Origin: a virus
Taxonomy: Duplodnaviria > Caudoviricetes
Strand: one strand, 5' to 3'
Length of the DNA: 31,967 nucleotides
Virus record (IMG/VR): IMGVR_UViG_3300020045_011112
Span: 1-31,967 of that record
Every line of letters starts with the position of its first letter. Positions within the stretch are counted from its first letter, which is position 1. The translations under genes and the position numbers were made by a program. The notes beneath the pieces were generated by a model. The model had not been told where the DNA came from and ran no database searches. It saw only the letters and a list, made by a program, of their open reading frames with translations. Below are positions 1 through 7,414 of the stretch, piece by piece.

Positions 1-58
1 TTTTATCCGCGGCGGATTTAAGCGGGCGAATCCTTATCTTGGACCGGAGTATAATCGG

Positions 59-75
59 CAAAACAAAAAGTACAA
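59..75 (+). repeat. End motif CAAAACAAAAAGTACAA, putative transposase-binding site
   Basis: Exact reverse complement at 31883-31899; 16-bp direct copy at 31272-31287. Confidence 0.7.
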
Positions 76-122
76 TTTTTTCAGGCAATGGAAGCACCCT
101 GCAAATGTAGATTTTTATCGTT

Positions 123-461
123 TCATTGCTTAGGTTTTGCGTCCTTCTGAAGATGTTCTATCTCAACCCCATGCCGGACCTGCTTTTTATCGATGCACCT
201 TATTGCCTTAGCGTGAGCGTTAAGCCTCTCTGTTACAACTTTTTTGTCTTCTAAATAGGAAGCTTGGGAGGCTTCTATGCGTTCAAATAACAATTTTGAT
301 GACTCATGCAGGTTTGATATGGCGTCCGACGTCTCTCTCTGGGTAGCATTCATCTTAACTATCCATCCTTTAACTATCCACCATATTAATATAACAACAG
401 CTGAAATTCCAGCTAATGTTAATCCTTCAGACATTGTATTTGTAATTTGACACAGTGACAT
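123..461 (-). CDS. Membrane-anchored coiled-coil protein (possible holin-like/lysis accessory)
   Basis: N-terminal hydrophobic helix LAGISAVVILIWWIV followed by a heptad-rich helical region. Confidence 0.55.
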   Translation of the reverse strand: MSLCQITNTMSEGLTLAGISAVVILIWWIVKGWIVKMNATQRETSDAISNLHESSKLLFERIEASQASYLEDKKVVTERLNAHAKAIRCIDKKQVRHGVEIEHLQKDAKPKQ

Positions 462-479
462 TTTTGATCCTCCAAATCG

Positions 480-782
480 TTAACTAAAATTATAACACTC
501 TCCATTCTTAATAATTGTGGTCTTAAAAGGCAGATCATCCACCGGCACTTGCTGTATGGTACTGATTAAGATGTCTGAACCGGTGAAAACAACATATTTT
601 ATTCCATTCAGCTCAATCTGAAGATGTAGGCATTTGCCTGATCTGTTTTTGGGGTACTTAGTATCTTCAACCTTGTAGGCCAGCACAATAATCGGCACAT
701 TCAGGATCTTAGCCATCTTGATTTTATCTCCTGAGAACGGCTGACACTTGTTTTCGATACCTAGTTCACTAAAGGATCTCAT
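480..782 (-). CDS. 100-aa protein translationally coupled to the DGR RT; candidate DGR accessory factor
   Basis: Its ATG (780-782) overlaps the RT stop as TAATG; beta-rich sequence, not Avd-like. Confidence 0.7.
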   Translation of the reverse strand: MRSFSELGIENKCQPFSGDKIKMAKILNVPIIVLAYKVEDTKYPKNRSGKCLHLQIELNGIKYVVFTGSDILISTIQQVPVDDLPFKTTIIKNGECYNFS

Positions 783-1744
783 TAGCACACCTTTCTTATT
801 AAATTACAACTGTTTGAATATTTCAACCAGCCCCAATACGAAGCCAGGGACCGGTAATTATCAGGGCTTTGTACGGCTTTATACTTCTTAATTGCCTTGA
901 TGAATCGCTTTTTTATTGACTTCCTTATCAGCGTGTGAGTCGGATAAAATACGAACCCCACAAAGTCAACACCGGTATCAACCGGGAATACTCTCCAATC
1001 CTTTTTAACGGTCAATTTAAGGGCTGATAAGTAGTCGGTTATCTCAATAAGAAGGGCATGCAAAAAGGCTTTATCGTGGTGGAATATCACCATGTCATCA
1101 CAGTATCTGAAGTAATGGCGCACGCCCTTAACCTCTTTGATCCAGTGATCAAACCCGGATAGGAACAGGTTGGCGAATGACTGGCTCAGGTAGTTACCAA
1201 TGGGTAATCCTTTTGCAGAATCAATGATCTCATCAAGCAGCCATAACAGCTCATTATCTTTGATTTTGCGCCTGATAATGGATTTTAGCACCTCATGATC
1301 CACTGAAGGGTAAAACTTCTTCACATCGAGCTTGAGCACATAATCAGCACCCGGTTGGCGTATGGCATATTTAACCTTTTCAGCTGCACTATGGATGCCG
1401 CGGCCCTTAATGCATGAATAGGTGTCAGCAGTAAGGGTATTGTAAATAATCGGCTCAATAATGTTCATAATGGCATGATGCAGGATACGATCCGGGTAAT
1501 AGGGTAGCCGGTATATTTCCCTCTCTTTACCGCTATCCACAACCTTCTTAAAAACGTGATATTTACTCGTTTTAAAGGTCTTATTAAGCAGCATGTTTTG
1601 CAGCTTCAGGAGAAGTTCATCTCTATTTTCATCAAACGCCTGAATTTCGCGTTTACACTTTTTACCTAACCTCGCTCTTTTATCTGCCAGTGTCAGGTTT
1701 TCGATTGAGATGATTTTTTCAAACAGGTTGCCGTGTCTTTTCAT
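782..1744 (-). CDS. DGR reverse transcriptase (320 aa from MKRHGNLF)
   Basis: Motifs KEREIYRLPYYPDRILHHA, LKLDVKKFYPSVDH, GLPIGNYLSQ (DGR-type SQ), YFRYCDD, GVDFVGF; lies next to the TR. The ORF-track extension to 1969 is the TR read in frame. Confidence 0.95.
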   Translation of the reverse strand: MKRHGNLFEKIISIENLTLADKRARLGKKCKREIQAFDENRDELLLKLQNMLLNKTFKTSKYHVFKKVVDSGKEREIYRLPYYPDRILHHAIMNIIEPIIYNTLTADTYSCIKGRGIHSAAEKVKYAIRQPGADYVLKLDVKKFYPSVDHEVLKSIIRRKIKDNELLWLLDEIIDSAKGLPIGNYLSQSFANLFLSGFDHWIKEVKGVRHYFRYCDDMVIFHHDKAFLHALLIEITDYLSALKLTVKKDWRVFPVDTGVDFVGFVFYPTHTLIRKSIKKRFIKAIKKYKAVQSPDNYRSLASYWGWLKYSNSCNLIRKVC

Positions 1745-1845
1745 TTGCTGGATCTTTACGGAGTCTTCGCTTTCGCTACCAACACCGGTTTGATTTATTT
1801 TATTTTTTACCAAGTGGTAAGGTTTGGACATTCCAAAATTATTCC
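1745..1845 (-). ncRNA. Structured TR-RT spacer, likely the 3' part of the DGR template RNA
   Basis: Hairpins TTTGGA-3nt-TCCAAA (1823-1837) and TTACCA-2nt-TGGTAA (1807-1820), plus GC-GAAA-GC near 1768-1777, all directly 3' of the TR. Confidence 0.55.
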
Positions 1846-1957
1846 AGTATAGCTGAGAACCGATATTCGTATTCGCATCCGAAGCCTCGTTATTCGAGTT
1901 AACGTTACCGAAGCCTGCATTCGCGCCATTATTCGCATTACCACTAACGATCGGAGC
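1846..1957 (-). repeat. DGR template repeat (TR)
   Basis: 112-bp ungapped match to 2037-2148 and to 29700-29811; every mismatch is at a TR adenine (T on the + strand); rich in AAY codons; 30 adenines counted. Confidence 0.97.
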
Positions 1958-1996
1958 CTCCATATCCACAACCTGTTATTTTTTTTTAAAAATTTC

Positions 1997-2031
1997 CTCG
2001 CTTACGCGAGAGATCCGGGGTCTTAAGACCC
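1997..2031 (-). other. Hairpins just 3' of VR1 (candidate DGR target-recognition stem-loops)
   Basis: CTCGC-GTAA-GCGAG (1997-2010, minus strand) and the 14-bp palindrome GGGTCTTAAGACCC (2018-2031) spanning the stop codon. Confidence 0.6.
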
Positions 2032-3312
2032 AAAAAAGCAAAGCCGAGAACCGATAGACGTAAACGCATCCGAAGCCTCGTGATACGAGTAAACGGTACC
2101 GAAGCCCGCAGGCGCGCCATAAACCGCATTACCACCAACGAACGGAGCATACCAACCCGCAGTACCAACTGGTTGAGGTGTATAGAAGTAGTCGGGCCAT
2201 TGGCCACTACCACCAGTGGCAGAGGGTAACAGATCTCCATGCGCGCCAAAAATCACGCTTGATACCCATCCAGAACTATAGCTCAGGCTCAATACTGCCC
2301 GTGCCTTGCCTAAATTTACCGCCCCGTCTGAAAAATAATTAGGATTATCAATGATGTACACATAGGAGGCTGCCGGAGTTACGCTGTGATAAATGCTTAT
2401 TCCGTCCATCCACTCCCAGATGTCGCCAAATGGTGACTCAATGCCCCTGTAGCGAGGTATCTTAACCTCCATATTGGTGGTTAGTACGGTCGTAGTCCAG
2501 GCAACCTCACCGTTATAATTACCCAGGCTATTGGACTGGCCACACGGAGCAACCGGTCTATAGCCGTTTTGATCCCAATTGGCCAAATTGGTTAATCCGT
2601 TACCTAGCCCACCAGTTTGATATCCTGATCCATCCGGACTTCCAACGGCCGCCTGACAGTCACGATTTGCGTATTCTATAACATACAGCCAAAATTCAGT
2701 CTTCCAAGCCTGGTAGCTCAACATTGACCAGTTAGCCCCGCGGTTCCGGGCATAAACCCTAAAGTTAGTCCGGGAGATTACTGTAGCCGGATAACCAGCA
2801 TAAGTGGCGTTATTATCAGCACCATAATAGTCAGCCGAGGTATTTACCACACTGGATAACTTCAAAGTTGTCCGGTTTAGTGCTGCCTTATAGGCTGATA
2901 TGTAAATCTTTGGCACATACTTAAAGCCCGCTTTATAGGTTAGGCTGAACTTTACATAATTCCAGCCGGCCACCGTTTCAAAAAATTCATAGTGAGCCGG
3001 AATTTCTACCATTACCTGGCCTTCAGCCCCGGTCAAATTAGAGGCTCCACCGGCTTCCTTTGCGGTCCAATCTGTTGGATTAAGATAATAGTTAACTACG
3101 CCATTGTCAAGCAACAGACAGCCTCGCATGAGGTTCTGAATCGGCAAATTGGTTGCCGCATGGATGGTTAAATCATCATCCTCAGCGATGCGGGTGACCG
3201 CTGGATTTGTTGATGTTATCTCATACTTTATACCATACCATTTATTCATGTACTGCCCTTGCGAGGCTACCCCGATGGCGAGGGTAATAAGGATAAAAAG
3301 TAGCTTTTTCAT
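2023..3312 (-). CDS. DGR target 1: C-type-lectin (FGE-like) fold, receptor-binding/tail-fibre-like protein with N-terminal signal peptide
   Basis: C-terminal VR1; GDIWEW and GSRLCF motifs typical of DGR CLec targets; located at the end of the tail module; N-terminus MKKLLFILITLAIGVASQG-Q. Confidence 0.88.
   Translation of the reverse strand: MKKLLFILITLAIGVASQGQYMNKWYGIKYEITSTNPAVTRIAEDDDLTIHAATNLPIQNLMRGCLLLDNGVVNYYLNPTDWTAKEAGGASNLTGAEGQVMVEIPAHYEFFETVAGWNYVKFSLTYKAGFKYVPKIYISAYKAALNRTTLKLSSVVNTSADYYGADNNATYAGYPATVISRTNFRVYARNRGANWSMLSYQAWKTEFWLYVIEYANRDCQAAVGSPDGSGYQTGGLGNGLTNLANWDQNGYRPVAPCGQSNSLGNYNGEVAWTTTVLTTNMEVKIPRYRGIESPFGDIWEWMDGISIYHSVTPAASYVYIIDNPNYFSDGAVNLGKARAVLSLSYSSGWVSSVIFGAHGDLLPSATGGSGQWPDYFYTPQPVGTAGWYAPFVGGNAVYGAPAGFGTVYSYHEASDAFTSIGSRLCFFGS
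2037..2148 (-). repeat. Variable repeat VR1
   Basis: 19 mismatches versus TR over 112 bp, all at TR adenines. Confidence 0.97.
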
Positions 3313-3830
3313 AATATAATTTGAATGTTAAATTGTTGCGATGCAAATGCGCCCGGTATAGGCTCAATGGTGTATCTGTTATCGTTGCCCGATCGACCCA
3401 TGAAAGGCCATGCTAACCAGCAATGCGGTACGGTTAAATTAACAGCAGCGAGTAGCCGACCATCCAACCGCCACATGAGAGTATCGGTATCTAGGATCAG
3501 TTCATACCATGTATCCGGTTGTAATTCGACTTTAAACTGGCTTAACTCATGCAGTTTGTATAAGCCTGATTTGATCGGTTCGTAATAGCGAGGCCACAAA
3601 AATACCTGATTGCCCTCTTTGCCGATTCCCCAATTTGCACCGCCCTCATGATAGTTTAACTTTCCCAATGTCATCAGTTTGCAGCCGTATGGCTTCGGCT
3701 CTGTCAATACATCACAATCCCACCAAGTGCTGTCTAACTTCATTCGGAATTTCAAACGACTGGAAAACCACGGTATAGCGGGTAACTGCGGTCTGAATAT
3801 GTTTTCTCCTTGCTTTACTATTAGTTTCAT
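3309..3830 (-). CDS. Hypothetical tail-module protein, possibly ConA/LamG-like beta-sandwich (start MKLIVKQ)
   Basis: TAATG coupling at 3828-3832 and ATGA overlap at 3309-3312; Trp-rich with motif TWYELILD...WRLDG. Confidence 0.6.
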   Translation of the reverse strand: MKLIVKQGENIFRPQLPAIPWFSSRLKFRMKLDSTWWDCDVLTEPKPYGCKLMTLGKLNYHEGGANWGIGKEGNQVFLWPRYYEPIKSGLYKLHELSQFKVELQPDTWYELILDTDTLMWRLDGRLLAAVNLTVPHCWLAWPFMGRSGNDNRYTIEPIPGAFASQQFNIQIIL

Positions 3831-4879
3831 TATTTTGATGCTGAATAATTCATATATACACATCTTGCCCCGGTTGTTAATGCATCCCACGTAGTTTGAT
3901 CTTGTTCCTCCGGTATGCTGGTTCCATCATTATAGTACCGACATTTAAAATTGGAGGTTGTCCAAACTTGGTTGCCTATTTTAACGCAAGAGTAAACATT
4001 ACCGTCATAATCCGTAACCGTAGAAACTAATGTAGCATCGTCTTTAATTAACCGAAGAGAGGCGCCTTGATAAGTGTACATACCAACCTCTCTTATAGTA
4101 GGATTATAAGCCTCAAGAAACTTTACTAGTGTTATACTTCCGCTCAAATAAGTTGTATGATACAAGCCTTCCTCTGTAATATATTTAAACGTGTTTGAAT
4201 TATGGCTTCTAGCTCCTGATGGAGTTGCGGAAAATCCTGTTGAATTATTTGTTGACGGATCGTTTCCGGGCGCTCCTGAAAATACAGAATAAGACCAATT
4301 TGTGGTAGTGCAAATAGATTTAGCACTATTTGATACTGCTGTTATAAGTTCATCCCATTCAGCTCTGCTAGGAACGTGCCAACCTGTGGGCGCTATTTCC
4401 TTTTCTTTAACTCCATCCCCGTTTGTGTCTCCGTTAATAGCGAACCAATTATATAAATATCCATTTCCTGAAGAACCCAAAGGCCCGCTGATTTGACGAA
4501 TTTTGCTATTATATACATCTATAATTCGTTGCCTATACCACACATTTCCATATTCAGTTAAATAATATCCATTTGCCAAATAATCACAAGAAGTTCCAAT
4601 ACCATACCAAACAGTATCACCATAATTAATGCCGCGAGCTTCGCTATATTCAACATACTCTTCTGTGTATTCGCCCATCACAAACCCATAGAAAGCGTCG
4701 TGTGCGTTTTGGAAAGACCCGGTGAAATTGTAGTCATCCATATAACTACCGAAATCAATAGTTATTAATCCGGTCGGGCGGCATGAACTTGCTGAACTAT
4801 GCGCCCAGAAAAAGGAATTAAATTGTGCTTGCAGATTAACACTACATACCACAAAAAGCAATAAAATAAATCGTTTCAT
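3830..4879 (-). CDS. Secreted protein with a circularly permuted Fibrobacter succinogenes major paralogous (Fib_succ_major) domain
   Basis: GYLYNWFA, APTGWHVPSRAEW, NSTGFSA, GASLRLIKD followed by TDYDGNVYSCVKIGNQVW; signal peptide MKRFILLLFVVCSVNLQA-Q. Confidence 0.8.
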   Translation of the reverse strand: MKRFILLLFVVCSVNLQAQFNSFFWAHSSASSCRPTGLITIDFGSYMDDYNFTGSFQNAHDAFYGFVMGEYTEEYVEYSEARGINYGDTVWYGIGTSCDYLANGYYLTEYGNVWYRQRIIDVYNSKIRQISGPLGSSGNGYLYNWFAINGDTNGDGVKEKEIAPTGWHVPSRAEWDELITAVSNSAKSICTTTNWSYSVFSGAPGNDPSTNNSTGFSATPSGARSHNSNTFKYITEEGLYHTTYLSGSITLVKFLEAYNPTIREVGMYTYQGASLRLIKDDATLVSTVTDYDGNVYSCVKIGNQVWTTSNFKCRYYNDGTSIPEEQDQTTWDALTTGARCVYMNYSASK

Positions 4880-4880
4880 A

Positions 4881-7412
4881 TTAATTAAGGTTTTTAGTTC
4901 CTGCCCATGCTAATATATTTCCATCATAATACCAACTATAAATATCTGTTGTCGTGCCGCCTGAACAGATCATCTGATTGGCTGCCGACCTGATCGAAGG
5001 GCTTATTTTATTAGTGTATCCTGCCAGAGTAATTGTATAGGCAGTTGCCGGGTTGGTAATTGTCAGGTTGCCACTCATTCCGGCCACCAGATTACTCAGC
5101 GTGACGGTTGTATTGGCCCCGATTGTCATGGTGGCGTGCAATCCTGCCGATACGTCATAGGTGCGTGAAGTAGTACCCGTCAATGCTTGCACGCCGGGTT
5201 TGTCGGCTTTCAGTGCCAGTGCGCCAAATACTGCGTCTTCATTCGGAGACCGGGTCGTAACCCCGTCAGTGATATAGGGCGAAATTATTGATACATCATT
5301 AACCTGGTAGGTTTTTCCGGTTGGAATATTAACTCCCGTTGGAGTGGTTCCAAATTGCTGGTGGTTATCAGCATCGAAAAAAGAATGATAGTTACCGCTA
5401 CTATAATAAACCATTCCATCATTCCACTTAATATATCCTTCGCCACCATTACCAAACACTACCTTTTTGTTAGTATTTAATGCCAGGTCACCGGATAAAC
5501 GACCACCAAACACTGGCAGTCTTGGAATGTCTGTACTATCACCCTGTCTTTTTGTTGCAAAAGCGCTAAGATCAGCATAGGCAGCACTACCCGCCAATAA
5601 CGCAAAATCTCTGATAGGATCAGCGGCTAACCACGGGGTAAATATTGGATCGACCTCGCTGGTTAGGTAGATGCCCGTGTGATTGTGACTGTCGAGGGAA
5701 TAGGATCGTAAATCGCTGATCTGACTCTCCGTAATGCTGATGCCTGTTGATTTATTCCAAGCGCTGAATATTGGATCTGTCTCACTGGTTAGGTAAATAC
5801 CTGCGTGATCATGTGAGGCCGATGCAAAATCACTTAATCTGGCATAGGCAGCAGACCCAAGCAACCTGGTTAAATCTGATACAGGATCCTTAGCTAACCA
5901 CGGGGTGAATATTGGATCAACCTCACTAGTTAGATAGGTACCCGTGTGATTATGGCTGTCGAGGGAATAAGATCGTAAATCGCTGATCTGACTCTCTGTA
6001 ATGCTGATGCCTGTCGACTTATTCCAAACAGTAAATATTGGATCAACCTCACTGGTTAGGTAGATGCCCGTGTGATTGTGACTGTTGAGGGAATAGGATC
6101 GTAAATCACTGATCTGACTCTCTGTAATGCTGATGCCTGTCGACTTATTCCAAGCAGTAAATATTGGATCAACCTCACTGGTTAGGTAAATACCTGCGTG
6201 ATCATGAGCAGCCGATGCAAAATCACTTAATCTGGCATAGGCAGCAGACCCAAGCAACCTGGTTAAATCTGATACAGGATCCTTAGCTAACCACGGGGTG
6301 AAAATTGGATCAACCTCACTAGTTAGATAGGTACCCGTGTGATTGTGGCTGTCGAGGGAATAAGATCGTAAATCGCTGATCTGACTCTCTGTAATGCTGA
6401 TGCCTGTTGTCTTATCCCATGCGGTGAAAATCGGATCAACCTCACTAGTTAGGTAGGTGCCTGTGTGATTGTGGGTGGCGGTTGCAAAATCTGTGTCATG
6501 CTTCCCATTTAATAAATCAACATTTAAGTTGGCAACCTTTATTTGACTTGCTACACTAAAAGGCGCTCCGTTTGTTACAGACGACGTTATTGGTACAGTT
6601 ACCGCTATACTTATAATGCCAACCGTCATTTTTAAACCCGAATTAACATATAACTTTATTGGCAAGGCGTCAACTGCTGATGGTGAGCCTATTGCAATAT
6701 CTGTTCCCGGAATCCACCTAATTATGTCGCTTCTAAATTGCGTTCCGGCATACCCCGACCAGCCGAAACCATCCATTCCGTTGATATACCCAAATTTCGT
6801 TTTGCTTTGTACTCCAATACCGTTTGATGTTTGAAATTTCCATTGCTCCAAATATGAATTATCAACGTCGGATAATAAGTTAAACCCCGAATATTTATTA
6901 TATAGAGTCCCTTTATTGTTTACTTCCAAGTAAACCTCATTATGCAATGTTGACGGGGAAATGCTTGTCATATTCCTGTCGGTAACTTCACTTCGACCCC
7001 AAATACTTACTGTTTCATTTTGATAAGCAAACTTTGGCGAAGATGATAATAGATTCCATGTACCGCCAGAACCTAAAAATGGAATAGCTCCGTATTGTGA
7101 TGATGGAATAAATAACCCTCCATTTATGGTCAGCCCCTGGTTGATCGTTTGCCCCCCAATCTTACCAGACGAAGTAATATAATCATTTGCGTCGATATCG
7201 GTTAGTACCCTTCTATGCGTTAGCGAGCTGTCTGTAAGCCAAATATCATTTAAATAATCTGTAAACTTGATTCCTCGTGTTGGATGTGTTGGTAAGGCCG
7301 TGAGCGGATTGAGCTTAATCGTATCCACGATTATTCGCTTTTCATAAATCTGTCCGAAAGTTAAGTTCACAATCGAACTGGCCACCAACGCCAGAAGAAT
7401 TACTTTTTTCAT
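4881..7412 (-). CDS. Tail-fibre-like repeat protein with HxH motifs and signal peptide
   Basis: Seven 42/47-aa repeats starting H(N/D)H; VANLNVDLLNGKH fibre-type motif; follows the tail hub gene. Confidence 0.75.
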   Translation of the reverse strand: MKKVILLALVASSIVNLTFGQIYEKRIIVDTIKLNPLTALPTHPTRGIKFTDYLNDIWLTDSSLTHRRVLTDIDANDYITSSGKIGGQTINQGLTINGGLFIPSSQYGAIPFLGSGGTWNLLSSSPKFAYQNETVSIWGRSEVTDRNMTSISPSTLHNEVYLEVNNKGTLYNKYSGFNLLSDVDNSYLEQWKFQTSNGIGVQSKTKFGYINGMDGFGWSGYAGTQFRSDIIRWIPGTDIAIGSPSAVDALPIKLYVNSGLKMTVGIISIAVTVPITSSVTNGAPFSVASQIKVANLNVDLLNGKHDTDFATATHNHTGTYLTSEVDPIFTAWDKTTGISITESQISDLRSYSLDSHNHTGTYLTSEVDPIFTPWLAKDPVSDLTRLLGSAAYARLSDFASAAHDHAGIYLTSEVDPIFTAWNKSTGISITESQISDLRSYSLNSHNHTGIYLTSEVDPIFTVWNKSTGISITESQISDLRSYSLDSHNHTGTYLTSEVDPIFTPWLAKDPVSDLTRLLGSAAYARLSDFASASHDHAGIYLTSETDPIFSAWNKSTGISITESQISDLRSYSLDSHNHTGIYLTSEVDPIFTPWLAADPIRDFALLAGSAAYADLSAFATKRQGDSTDIPRLPVFGGRLSGDLALNTNKKVVFGNGGEGYIKWNDGMVYYSSGNYHSFFDADNHQQFGTTPTGVNIPTGKTYQVNDVSIISPYITDGVTTRSPNEDAVFGALALKADKPGVQALTGTTSRTYDVSAGLHATMTIGANTTVTLSNLVAGMSGNLTITNPATAYTITLAGYTNKISPSIRSAANQMICSGGTTTDIYSWYYDGNILAWAGTKNLN
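5550..6473 (-). repeat. Intragenic tandem repeat array A-B-A-A-B-A-B (A = 126 bp, B = 141 bp)
   Basis: First HxH starts at 6473, 6347 and 6206 (spacings 126 and 141 bp); the DNA copies are near-identical. Confidence 0.92.
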
Positions 7413-7414
7413 AA

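Noticed and set aside
5-17. Palindrome ATCCGC-G-GCGGAT
   Set aside because: Short, at the window edge and probably in flanking host DNA; no function can be supported.
123-461. Possible Avd
   Set aside because: It has an N-terminal transmembrane helix and coiled coil, unlike the soluble basic four-helix Avd.
782-1744. RT as a group II intron or retron
   Set aside because: No maturase/endonuclease extension or retron-type motif; the SQ motif and the adenine-specific TR/VR pairs identify a DGR.
1986-2249. 87-aa ORF resembling ORF 29550..29906 (MLRSLVV...RLRLSVLGFA)
   Set aside because: Both are alternative-frame shadows of VR1 and VR2; the similarity comes from the DNA repeat and is not evidence of a real gene pair.
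3990-4120. Fib_succ_major GASLRLIKD region as a third DGR target
   Set aside because: No nucleotide match to the TR found by eye.
5550-6473. Repeat array as a CRISPR array or additional DGR VRs
   Set aside because: The repeats are in-frame coding units with no unique spacers, no similarity to the TR and no adenine-specific pattern.
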